IMG/VR virus record: IMGVR_UViG_3300045988_128238
Coordinates: 1 to 49,335 of that record
Source of the DNA: a virus
Direction: 5' to 3' (one strand)
Length of the DNA: 49,335 nucleotides
The position numbers and the translations under genes are program-made. The notes under the pieces were generated by a model that made no database searches, was not told where the DNA came from, and saw only the letters and a list, made by a program, of their open reading frames with translations. Numbering within the stretch: the stretch's first letter is position 1; each line of letters begins with the position of its first letter. Below, piece by piece: positions 6,640 through 15,617 of this stretch.

Positions 6640-7437
6640 ATGGTTAAGCTAAAAAAACTTAGTGAGATTAAACCACATAATCTTACTACTATTTATGGCA
6701 TGCCAGGAAAAGGTAAAACAAAAATTATCTCTTCCATGCCAGGAAAAATTTTAGTTGCTGATGCTGATAATGGTTTGTCTACTATCATGAATGATGTAGC
6801 TGAATCAGGACAGACAGTTGATGTAGCTACAGTGGAATCATGGGAAGACTTTCTTGAGGTTTTAGATGAGGTAAAAAATTATGATAGCTTTGCTATTGAC
6901 CACCTAACTAAAATCCAACAGTTCTTGTATGACTATCTTATTGAGAACGACAAGAAAGCTAAACGCATGACTCTACAGCTATATGGATATGCTAAAGAGG
7001 AAATGATTTCAGTCATTGATAGATTAGTTCGTTTTGCAAATGCAGGAAAAAATATCTATGTCATTTGTCAAGAGAAACAAATTAATCTTGAAGATGAAGA
7101 TGAAGAACTACCTAAAATTATCACTGCAGACCTACAAGGTTCTATCCGTGATTATTTGCTAGCTTCTTGCTCTCTTGTAGCTAACGCTCGTACATATCAG
7201 AAAAAAGAAAAAGTTGATGGTAAACCTAAAAAAGTTACTTATTATGGAATCCAACTTAGTGACTCTAATATCTATACTTTGAAGGTAAGAACACCAGAAA
7301 AAAATTCTGTTCCTGATAAACTAATCAATCCTACTTGGAGTGATATTAATAAAGTCCTTGGAGTGACTGAAAACTCATCTGCTCAGACAGTTAAAACAAA
7401 AAAATCTAAAACAACTAAAAAATCTAAAGGAGAATAA
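6640..7437 (+). CDS. Sak4-like (AAA_24) recombination ATPase
   Basis: Walker A GMPGKGKT, then ILVADADNG and the Walker B-like FAIDHL. Confidence 0.7.
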   Translation: MVKLKKLSEIKPHNLTTIYGMPGKGKTKIISSMPGKILVADADNGLSTIMNDVAESGQTVDVATVESWEDFLEVLDEVKNYDSFAIDHLTKIQQFLYDYLIENDKKAKRMTLQLYGYAKEEMISVIDRLVRFANAGKNIYVICQEKQINLEDEDEELPKIITADLQGSIRDYLLASCSLVANARTYQKKEKVDGKPKKVTYYGIQLSDSNIYTLKVRTPEKNSVPDKLINPTWSDINKVLGVTENSSAQTVKTKKSKTTKKSKGE

Positions 7438-7439
7438 CA

Positions 7440-7841
7440 ATGAAAATCAAATTTGAAAATGCAGAAGGTATCAAAGACGGAATCCATGAAGTAAAAATCA
7501 CAAAAATCAAACGTGTAAAACTAGGTAAAGATAAGAAGTCAGCTACACAAGTAACCTTTGTAGGTAAGTCATTGACTATGACAAGTAATTTCTTTGACAA
7601 CTATATCTCAGGTCAGTTGTTCCAATCTATGGTTCGTGCTGTTGGTTTTGAAGACTTTGATGTAACTAAAGATGAAATTGATTCTGAAGACCTTATCGGT
7701 GAATCACTTAATGTTGAAGTAGCACCACAAGAAGGGAATCCTAAATTTAAAGAAATCAAAGACTATCTTCCACTTGGTGATGAAGATGATGATGAGGAAG
7801 AAGACGAGGACGAAGAAGAGGAAGATGATGACGAAGAGTAA
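7440..7841 (+). CDS. Putative ssDNA-binding protein (DUF669-like) with acidic C-terminal tail
   Basis: Lies immediately after the Sak4-like gene. The C-terminus is DEDDDEEEDEDEEEEDDDEE. Confidence 0.5.
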   Translation: MKIKFENAEGIKDGIHEVKITKIKRVKLGKDKKSATQVTFVGKSLTMTSNFFDNYISGQLFQSMVRAVGFEDFDVTKDEIDSEDLIGESLNVEVAPQEGNPKFKEIKDYLPLGDEDDDEEEDEDEEEEDDDEE

Positions 7842-7851
7842 AGAAGAAAAA

Positions 7852-8058
7852 ATGCAAGCTATTGCTTACAATATTTCTAAACTCTTATATGTTCAAGGTT
7901 GGACCCAGCTTAAACTTGCTAAAGCTTTAGGTGTAAGTCATACAACTATCCAAAACTATGTCAATCAGAAAAAACTTGCATCTGATTCATCAATCAAAAA
8001 ACTTGCTGAAATTGCAGGAGTTACTGAAGAAGAATTTCTCATTGAAGGGAGCTTCTAA
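7852..8058 (+). CDS. Small HTH protein (68 aa)
   Basis: WTQLKLAKALGVSHTTIQNYVNQ. ATG 7852 chosen; the upstream part of the track ORF overlaps the acidic tail of the previous gene. Confidence 0.6.
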   Translation: MQAIAYNISKLLYVQGWTQLKLAKALGVSHTTIQNYVNQKKLASDSSIKKLAEIAGVTEEEFLIEGSF

Positions 8059-8628
8059 ATGCAAGCAAAAGATTTAAAAGTAGGAGATATCTTTCGTGTA
8101 GATGAGATTGGGTATACTAATGAACCTTTAGAATGTATTAACATTTATGACTACAGTGTAGACTATAAACCACTTAATACTAATAAAAAATTTAACTTAC
8201 CTAAAGGTAATAAAGTAGTTATCTTAGAACAAGAAGAAAAAATTTCTGATTCTGAGGTACATAACCCTAAACGCTACAATACTAACAATGTAGAATGTTG
8301 GGATTTCATTGCTAAGTATGACCTAGACTATTTTGTAGCTACAGCTATTAAGTATGTTTGGAGACATAAATATAAGGGTGGTAAGCAAGACCTAGAGAAA
8401 TCTTTAGAGTTTTTATATAAACGTATTAGTTTAAATAAAACTTTTGAAAGACCTAGTGAATTTACTTATGAAGTACCACAAGTAATTGACTATCAAGATA
8501 TGGATATTACACAAATGGTAATTCTATATTATGCTAGTCGTTTACATGTAGTGTCACCAGACGCTCAGAAACAGCTTGTAATCAAGATTAAGTCACTTGT
8601 GGAGGATTATATCAATGACTTCTATTAA
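8059..8628 (+). CDS. DUF3310-family protein with extra N-terminal domain
   Basis: NVECWDFI...ATAIKYVWRHKYKGGKQDLEKSLEFL matches the characteristic DUF3310 motif. Confidence 0.65.
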   Translation: MQAKDLKVGDIFRVDEIGYTNEPLECINIYDYSVDYKPLNTNKKFNLPKGNKVVILEQEEKISDSEVHNPKRYNTNNVECWDFIAKYDLDYFVATAIKYVWRHKYKGGKQDLEKSLEFLYKRISLNKTFERPSEFTYEVPQVIDYQDMDITQMVILYYASRLHVVSPDAQKQLVIKIKSLVEDYINDFY

Positions 8629-9334
8629 ATGGCATACAAAGGACGATAGACTGCTTCCTGAACGTGCTACAAAAAATTCTGTTGGTTATGACTTTGTATC
8701 TCCTGAGGATTTCGAAATTAAACCAGGTGTGTCTATTGCTATTGATTCAGGTGTGTCATGTGAGTTTTCAGATGATTTATGGCTTGGTATCTATGGACGG
8801 TCTAGCTTTGTAAGAAAAGGTCTTATGAATCCACTTGGTGTAGGTATCATTGATGCTGACTATCATGCTACTGGTAATAACATTGGAATCATGCTTAAAA
8901 ATGTATCGGATGAACCTATTACTATTGCTAAAGGTGATGCTATTGCACAAGGTATTTTCCATAATGTTATTACTGCAGGTGATGAAGTAACTACAGAACG
9001 CACTGGTGGCTTTGGTTCAACTGATGTTAAGGATGAAGAATATCCACTTACTGTAGAAATTTATGGTAAGAAATATAAAGCTAAATATGCTAAAGATTTA
9101 TTCCATGGTTTATATGGTATCTTGGTGTATGCTGATGATAGTAATATTATATTTATTAGTAAAGAAGAGTATTTTGCTTTTCATAATGCTCAAGATTTCT
9201 TTAAAGATAGTTCAAATAAACAACTACAAAATCGTTGTTGGTATTTTGAACGTTATTTGTGGTCAATTAGAGATGCTACAAAAGAAGATTGTATAAATGA
9301 CTTTATTGAAAGCTTAATAGTTAAGGAAGGATAG
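8615..9334 (+). CDS. dut: Trimeric dUTPase with a C-terminal extension of about 95 aa
   Basis: GYDF, GRSS, GIIDADY and the motif V RTGGFGST. GGAGGA lies 8 nt before ATG 8615. Residues after about 143 have no dUTPase counterpart. Confidence 0.85.
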   Translation: MTSIKWHTKDDRLLPERATKNSVGYDFVSPEDFEIKPGVSIAIDSGVSCEFSDDLWLGIYGRSSFVRKGLMNPLGVGIIDADYHATGNNIGIMLKNVSDEPITIAKGDAIAQGIFHNVITAGDEVTTERTGGFGSTDVKDEEYPLTVEIYGKKYKAKYAKDLFHGLYGILVYADDSNIIFISKEEYFAFHNAQDFFKDSSNKQLQNRCWYFERYLWSIRDATKEDCINDFIESLIVKEG

Positions 9335-9344
9335 GGGTACTAAG

Positions 9345-12300
9345 ATGCCATTAGATAAAAAATTTAAGGATGTACTATCTCTAAACTTTGGTAAGGATGA
9401 TGAAATCCATGTAGGTCTCTTGGCATCAAGTGGGCAGTTTAACAGTGGTACTATTACTCTTGATGAAATTGATGAGTATATTGAAGAATACAAGGATGAT
9501 TACAATGTATTCATGTGTTATGCTCCTATTGATGGAGAGGATAGGCTATTAGAAAATGCTAAACCTACTAGATTCCTTGTAGCTGATATTGATGGTGCTG
9601 AAATTCCTAAAGAGTTTCCACCTAGCTACTATTGGGAAACAAGCCCTAATAAGTACCAAGGTCTTTGGATAAGTGATAAAGTCATTGCACCTAAAGACTA
9701 TGAGGTGTTAGCTCATGCTATGGTTAAAAAATTTAAGTTTGATTCTGCTAGTGATATTGTTCACTTGTATAGGATTCCAACTACAATTAACCATAAGTAT
9801 GCTACACCACAAGAGGTATCAGAACCTAAAGGTGAAGGTACTGTATATCGTAGACAAGATATTTTTGAAATTCTTGAATATGATAAATACAAAAAAGGTA
9901 CTAAAAAGAAAAAGGTCAAAAAGAAGAAGATTCCTAACAAGGACTATAACCTTGAAGAGCTTTATAAAAAGTACGAAGTAAAACCTCTAGTAGATAGAGA
10001 AATTACTGACAGGAGTGCTTATGTATATGCTATTGCTAAAGCTCTGTATGAACAAGGTGCTAAGTCTTCTGAAGTCAAGTTTGTAGTTATGTCTACAGAC
10101 CAAGACAAGTGGGATAGAGATGAAATTGACAAGGTTCTATTAAGAATTAAGTCAAAGACTAAACGTAGAAAGAAACTTAGTAGTTCAGTTAATATTTCTG
10201 AAGATGAAGTACATATTATTGGTATCAATGATGTTAAAGAAGGTGAGCATGGTGAAGAATGGCTCATTGAAGGTCTTTGGGAATATGACTCAGTAGGGTT
10301 GATTGTAGCACCTCCTAAGAGCTACAAGTCAACTCTAATTACTAACATGGCTGTAGCTGTAGCTAGTGGTAAACCATTTGATGGTCGTAAGGTTATTCAA
10401 GGTGGTGTACTTATCTTGCAAGGTGAAAATAGTCTAGTAGCTGAAAAATCAAGATTGATGAACATTGCAGGAACTACAGATTTACCTATCTACTATGTTC
10501 AGTCAAGCATTAATCTTGATAATATTGAAGTTCTTAAACGAACTATCATTGAGAACAGTATCAAGATGCTTGTTATTGACCCTCTTTATCTCTTGTTTGG
10601 TAGTGGTAATATGAACCATCAAGTAGATGTTACACCTAAACTAAGAACTCTTAGTGAGCTTAGAAGAGAAACTGGATGTAGTATTATTCTTGTTCATCAC
10701 ACAAGAAAAACAGATGGTTCATCAGAATTATCTACAAGTGATATTAATGGTTCAGGATTCTTTGAAGGATGGTATGAGTCTTTAATTATGCTACAACCTC
10801 CTAGAAGAACTGTAGTACGAAAGGTTAAGATGTTTAATCGTTTCCGTAATCATATTGGCTCTGAAGGTACTATTAGAATTGATGATAACCTTAAAATGAC
10901 TCTAAACCTTGATGATGATTTTGGTAATGAATTTACTGAAGATAAACCTGATAAGCCTATTAATACTCGTAAAGAGAGATTGAAAAAGAAAAAAGCTAAG
11001 AAAGCTAAAAAGAAAGAGTCTGTAGTTGAAGTTGTGGAGGAAGAAACAAAGCCAAAAAAGCAGAAGGCTCTCAGAAGCTCTGAGAAGCGTTCTAAGCGTG
11101 TTAAACAGCCTACCTATACAACAACCCTAGAAACGTTTTACAAGCCATCAGAAGGCGAATTAGAGCGTTTTGAGAGTGGTATGACGATTGACCTTAGTAA
11201 TACTAAGAAAATCTATGTTGATATTGAAACTACAGGTCTCAATAATATCACTGATGAAATCAAGACAATTCAAATTACAGATGAGAGTGAAAACACTTAT
11301 GTACTTTGGGTTGATGGTAACTATGAAGAACTAGAATCTATTGCTAAGTTCTTGAATCAGTTTAAAATTATTACTCATGGTGGTAAGTTTGATAGTCTAT
11401 TCTTCTACAGAAAGTGTGGACTAGAGCTTAAACTCTTTGGTGATACTCAAATTCTTGCTCACATGCTTACAGAACCTAAACTTAAACTTAAGTACCTTGT
11501 CAAGAAATACCTTGGTATTGACTATGATATTGATAAGGAAACTAAGAAGTCTAATAAAAAGGTAACTGTAGCTAGTGTTAAGAAAGAACTTAAAGAGTGG
11601 GCTTTAGAAAATACTGAGCTTAAGAAACTTACACCATATAACAAAATGATTGAAGCTCTATATAATGACTTGGAAGGTAGTCTATTCTTAGATAAACCAC
11701 AGATGCTTATTAAGTTTGTAGATGATGGTACTGATTATGGTAAGGTACTTGATTACTACTCTAAGGTGTCTGAGCGTGTCCTGGAAGAAAGAAGAATGAC
11801 TCTTATTAAGTATGGTATGGGGGATACTGTATATGGATTCAGACTCTATAATTACCTATATCCTAAAGTTAAAGCTTATAAGCTACTTAAGGTCTATAGA
11901 CATGAGGTAAGAGCTTATAATGCCTATATTGAGGTAGAAAAAGAAGGGGTTACAATAGACTTTGGTTTATTGGGAGAGACCAGAGCTACAATAGAGACTG
12001 AGCTTAAAGAAGTAGAAAAAGAACTTTACTCTTTTGATATTGTTAAAGAAGCTAAAGTAGACAACTTTAACTCAGCTCAACAAAAGGTAAGACTATTCTG
12101 TGAGGTGTTAGGTTGGGAGACTAAACACATGACTAAAGGTGGACAACCACAAGTCAATCAATCCCAGTTAGAGGAATGGTCAAAAGAAGGAAAACATGAA
12201 ATACTAGATGTTTTGCTTAGATATAATAAGCTTACTAAACAACTACAGTTTGTTGATAAGTGGGAAGAATTATCACAATATGATGGTAAGCTACATCCAA

Positions 12301-13145
12301 GTTTTAACATAACTGCTGATACTGGAAGGACTACTTGTAAGAATCCTAACATCCAACAAGTGCCCCAGGAGTCAACACTTAGGAATGTAATTACATGTCC
12401 TAAAGGTAGAAAATTCATTGAAGTGGACATGTCACAAGCTGAGTTGCGTGTAGCTAGTATATTCTCTGAAGATGAAAACATGATACATGCTTATCAGTCA
12501 GGAAGTGACTTGCACCAAAAGACAATGGAATTAATTAAAGGTGGTAAGAAACCTAAGAACGACCAGGAAGCTAAGAGATGGCGTACTGAAGCCAAGTCAG
12601 CAAACTTTGGTCTTTTATATGGTATGTCAGCTAAGACTTATCAAGAGTATGCTAAAGGATATGGTATGAATATTACCTTAGAAGAAGCTGAAGACATCCG
12701 TGATGATTTCTTTAATTCATATCCAAGGCTACTAGATATGCATAAGAAGTTTGTAGAATATGCTAAGAAGTATGGGTATACTTATAGCCCTATTGGTCGT
12801 AAGAGATTCTTACCTAACCTTAAGAGCAAGAATTGGAAAGATGTTAGTGAAGCTGAAAGACAAGCTATTAACACACCTGTCCAAGGATTTGCAAGTGATT
12901 TAGTAATTAGTGCTTTAGCAGATATTCTTGAAGATGATTCACTAGATAAATCTAAGTATAAGATTATTGGCTCAGTACATGATGCCATTCTAGTTGAAGC
13001 AGATGAAGATGTTGCTGAAGAATACGCTAAGAAAGTAAAAGAACACATGGAGAATCCTAGTGTACTTGAAATCTGTGATATTGAAATTACAGTACCTCTT
13101 GTAGCTGATATTGAAATTGGCTCAGCTTGGGGTAAACATGATTAA
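9345..13145 (+). CDS. Fusion replicase: RepB'/prim-pol-like primase + RecA-fold (AAA_25/RepA-like) helicase + 3'-5' exonuclease + family A DNA polymerase
   Basis: Primase: FLVADIDG, ETSPNKYQGLW, RIPTTINHK. Helicase: APPKSYKST, LVIDPLY, ILVHHTRK. Exonuclease: DIETTGL, HGGKFD, YGMGD. Polymerase: DMSQAELR, RTEAKSANFGLLYG, VHDA. One uninterrupted 1266-aa ORF. Confidence 0.85.
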   Translation: MPLDKKFKDVLSLNFGKDDEIHVGLLASSGQFNSGTITLDEIDEYIEEYKDDYNVFMCYAPIDGEDRLLENAKPTRFLVADIDGAEIPKEFPPSYYWETSPNKYQGLWISDKVIAPKDYEVLAHAMVKKFKFDSASDIVHLYRIPTTINHKYATPQEVSEPKGEGTVYRRQDIFEILEYDKYKKGTKKKKVKKKKIPNKDYNLEELYKKYEVKPLVDREITDRSAYVYAIAKALYEQGAKSSEVKFVVMSTDQDKWDRDEIDKVLLRIKSKTKRRKKLSSSVNISEDEVHIIGINDVKEGEHGEEWLIEGLWEYDSVGLIVAPPKSYKSTLITNMAVAVASGKPFDGRKVIQGGVLILQGENSLVAEKSRLMNIAGTTDLPIYYVQSSINLDNIEVLKRTIIENSIKMLVIDPLYLLFGSGNMNHQVDVTPKLRTLSELRRETGCSIILVHHTRKTDGSSELSTSDINGSGFFEGWYESLIMLQPPRRTVVRKVKMFNRFRNHIGSEGTIRIDDNLKMTLNLDDDFGNEFTEDKPDKPINTRKERLKKKKAKKAKKKESVVEVVEEETKPKKQKALRSSEKRSKRVKQPTYTTTLETFYKPSEGELERFESGMTIDLSNTKKIYVDIETTGLNNITDEIKTIQITDESENTYVLWVDGNYEELESIAKFLNQFKIITHGGKFDSLFFYRKCGLELKLFGDTQILAHMLTEPKLKLKYLVKKYLGIDYDIDKETKKSNKKVTVASVKKELKEWALENTELKKLTPYNKMIEALYNDLEGSLFLDKPQMLIKFVDDGTDYGKVLDYYSKVSERVLEERRMTLIKYGMGDTVYGFRLYNYLYPKVKAYKLLKVYRHEVRAYNAYIEVEKEGVTIDFGLLGETRATIETELKEVEKELYSFDIVKEAKVDNFNSAQQKVRLFCEVLGWETKHMTKGGQPQVNQSQLEEWSKEGKHEILDVLLRYNKLTKQLQFVDKWEELSQYDGKLHPSFNITADTGRTTCKNPNIQQVPQESTLRNVITCPKGRKFIEVDMSQAELRVASIFSEDENMIHAYQSGSDLHQKTMELIKGGKKPKNDQEAKRWRTEAKSANFGLLYGMSAKTYQEYAKGYGMNITLEEAEDIRDDFFNSYPRLLDMHKKFVEYAKKYGYTYSPIGRKRFLPNLKSKNWKDVSEAERQAINTPVQGFASDLVISALADILEDDSLDKSKYKIIGSVHDAILVEADEDVAEEYAKKVKEHMENPSVLEICDIEITVPLVADIEIGSAWGKHD

Positions 13146-13167
13146 TTAATAGAAAAGGAATTTTAAA

Positions 13168-13320
13168 ATGAACTATCTTTACACTATCAACCTATATCAA
13201 AATGACAAGAAAATTCACAGTGAACAACTTATCTCTATTGGGAACTACAAGAGCCTTAATAGACTACTTGTGGGTGAAGAAGAAATCCATCTAACAGTTA
13301 AGGTGGAAGAAGATGAGTAA
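13168..13320 (+). CDS. Small hypothetical protein (50 aa)
   Basis: Hand-translated. AAAGGA upstream; overlaps the next ATG. Confidence 0.4.
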   Translation: MNYLYTINLYQNDKKIHSEQLISIGNYKSLNRLLVGEEEIHLTVKVEEDE

Positions 13321-13996
13321 GATTAAATATAATGGTTATATGGAATTTGCAAATGCCTTAGAAGAAGTATTTACACAAGTCTCAGGAGACCATACAAGCC
13401 CTGTAGTTAGTTATATCTATGATGCTGTAGAATTAATTAAGAAAGCTACACCAGGCTTCTTAGAAGGCTACTGTGCTGTTAGTGTCCATGATGCTTATGA
13501 AGGAGGACTACCTGCTCATACGGTTAAGGTATTCTCTCAGCTATGTAGCTTTATGTTTGGTGGAGATGGTACTAATAAATTCTATAACAACATTAATGAT
13601 TGTGTTGATATGCCTGCTCTTATTATTGGTTGTATCATTCATGACTTTGGTAAGTCATTTGAGTATCTAAATGGTAAACGACATGAGAACTCGTTTGTAC
13701 CTCACACATTGTTTGGTATTCATCTTCTAACTAAACTAGAAGCTGACATCCTTACTAAGTATTCTATGGGTACTTATCTACGATTGATGGCTGTTATTGG
13801 TCAACATCATGGAGACTTTGGAGAGAAACCACAGTGTATTGAGTCTTATCTAATTCACTTGGCTGATTACCAAGAAACTAAACTACAGATTCTTGAAGAA
13901 GCTATTGAAAGTGCTAAAGATTATGGTGATGATGTAGTTACATCTAAGTATCTGCCATATAAACTTAATTGTGGAGGTGGTAATATTGACTTTTAG
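13313..13996 (+). CDS. HD-domain phosphohydrolase
   Basis: IIHDFGK ... GQHHGDFG. Confidence 0.7.
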   Translation: MSKIKYNGYMEFANALEEVFTQVSGDHTSPVVSYIYDAVELIKKATPGFLEGYCAVSVHDAYEGGLPAHTVKVFSQLCSFMFGGDGTNKFYNNINDCVDMPALIIGCIIHDFGKSFEYLNGKRHENSFVPHTLFGIHLLTKLEADILTKYSMGTYLRLMAVIGQHHGDFGEKPQCIESYLIHLADYQETKLQILEEAIESAKDYGDDVVTSKYLPYKLNCGGGNIDF

Positions 13997-14282
13997 TCTA
14001 GGACAGTTAGTAATTGCAGATGGTAAAAAGGGTGTAGTTACTAACATTGGTAAAGGAGCTTATGCTGTCAATATTGAAGGAACTAATAAATGGTTCAATG
14101 AAGAAGACATTGTAAGTATGTTTCCTAAAGATAGTGTTCAATTCTATCAAGGTAGCTTATTAGATGTTGAATTTAAAATCAATCAGTACCTAATTAAAAA
14201 TAATAACAAGACTGTCAAACAAATTTCTGCTTTTGGAAGTGGTAAAGATAGTGTTGTAGTAGTGGTATATACCAATTATTAA
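13986..14282 (+). CDS. Hypothetical protein (98 aa from TTG 13986)
   Basis: GGAGGTGG lies 6 nt upstream of the TTG. The track start GTG 13971 is also possible. Confidence 0.55.
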   Translation: MTFSLGQLVIADGKKGVVTNIGKGAYAVNIEGTNKWFNEEDIVSMFPKDSVQFYQGSLLDVEFKINQYLIKNNNKTVKQISAFGSGKDSVVVVVYTNY

Positions 14283-14373
14283 GCCTACTGGTAGACCTAA
14301 AGGCTCTAAGGATAAACTACCTAGAGTTAGAGGTACAAGTAAGGTTGATAAGTCTCCTGAAGCTTACAAAGCT

Positions 14374-14646
14374 ATGAAGAAGTATATAGATTTAGAAAAG
14401 GAATACAACAAAATCAAAAAGCTTAAGAAGGAGTATAGGAATGGTTCATCTCAGCAAAGGTTTTATACAAAGAGGTTAAGACAGATAAGACAAAGACAAG
14501 CTGATTTGTATGAAATAATAGCTGAGAACCATCTAGCCTATAAACTAGCTGAGAAGCTTAATATAGGCATTACACAGCCTTACAGAAGGTATCTAAGGGC
14601 TAAAGGAGAAGGTACTAAATGGAAACACAAGAACAAACAATCTTAG
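14374..14646 (+). CDS. Basic hypothetical protein (90 aa); true start unclear
   Basis: No SD before the ATG. The frame is open from 14263 and encodes an AT-hook (PTGRPKGSK) upstream. Confidence 0.5.
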   Translation: MKKYIDLEKEYNKIKKLKKEYRNGSSQQRFYTKRLRQIRQRQADLYEIIAENHLAYKLAEKLNIGITQPYRRYLRAKGEGTKWKHKNKQS

Positions 14647-15104
14647 CTCTTGATGTATCAACTACAAGTACAGGTTACGCTCTTTATGTTGGTGATAAGC
14701 TTACTAAGTATGGTTTTGTTAAACCTACTGGTAAGGATTGGTTAGTCAGAGTAAGAAAGATGGCGGACAAAGTAGCTGAACTAGATAAAGAGTTTAGTAT
14801 TGATACTGTAGTTATTGAAGATACTTTCTTCTTAAAGAACATTAAGACAGTCAAGAAACTGTGTCTAGCACAAGGTATATTGCTTGGACAGTTACCTAAA
14901 GCTAACCTTATTCAAGTATTCCCTAACACCTGGAAGAAACACTTTGGACTAGGCAAAGGGAAAGCTACACGAAGTGAACAAAAGCAAACATCTATTTCTG
15001 TAGCTGAAACACTATTCCTAATTAGTGCTGAAATTAATGATGATGAAGCTGATGCTATCCTTATGGGTAGATATGTACTTGAAACATTGAAAGGTGGTAA
15101 ATGA
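14619..15104 (+). CDS. ruvC: RuvC-like Holliday junction resolvase
   Basis: ILALDVSTTSTGYAL, VVIEDTFF, DDEADAILMG. Confidence 0.8.
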   Translation: METQEQTILALDVSTTSTGYALYVGDKLTKYGFVKPTGKDWLVRVRKMADKVAELDKEFSIDTVVIEDTFFLKNIKTVKKLCLAQGILLGQLPKANLIQVFPNTWKKHFGLGKGKATRSEQKQTSISVAETLFLISAEINDDEADAILMGRYVLETLKGGK

Positions 15105-15250
15105 TGGACTTAAAAGACCTATTCTATTTCATTTGTGCTATCATTGGTATTCTATGGATTGCCATTGTATCACTATCATTTGTGCTTGGTTTAATTGCTA
15201 AAGCTACAGAAAAACGACTTGAACGTATCAAGTCACTAGAAAACAACTAG
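15101..15250 (+). CDS. Small membrane protein (49 aa)
   Basis: ATGA overlap with the ruvC stop. TM segment FYFICAIIGILWIAIVSLSFVLGLI. Confidence 0.4.
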   Translation: MMDLKDLFYFICAIIGILWIAIVSLSFVLGLIAKATEKRLERIKSLENN

Positions 15251-15392
15251 AATAAATTACATGTAGTTTGATTAGTGCTTGAACAACAATAATTAAACTA
15301 AACAAAATATTTGAAAACAAAGTATTTAAAACAATTATCACTTAATAACAACTAACTCTTTTCAAACTCTAGAAAAACTAGAAGATTTCACT

Positions 15393-15421
15393 GGCTATAG
15401 ATTAATCTCTATAGCCTTTTA
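15393..15421 (+). terminator. Intrinsic terminator at the end of the rightward arm
   Basis: GGCTATAGA-ttaatc-TCTATAGCC followed by TTTTATT. Confidence 0.75.
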
Positions 15422-15483
15422 TTGTGCCCTAATTTGCTTTGTAATCAATTCTAATAGCTTCTTAGGGTAAATATACTAGGGTA

Positions 15484-15513
15484 TAATAAAAGACCCTTAG
15501 AACGTCTTCTAAG
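15484..15513 (-). terminator. Intrinsic terminator at the end of the leftward (late) arm
   Basis: Minus strand reads CTTAGAA-gacg-TTCTAAG, then ggtcTTTTATTA. Confidence 0.55.
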
Positions 15514-15617
15514 AGCCTTATATAGCCACTAAGTCATTGTAACCCAGTTGACCTAGTTGGGGAGGTGATTTACTCCTTTTAATTTTATAGTGGTGTGGCT
15601 ATAAGCCTATTATACCA

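Noticed and set aside
12978-12986. PolA motif C reads HDA instead of the usual HDE, considered as a sign of an inactive polymerase
   Set aside because: The metal-binding Asp, motifs A and B, and all three exonuclease motifs are intact, and no other polymerase is encoded. It is more likely a lineage variant. This is worth checking in an alignment.
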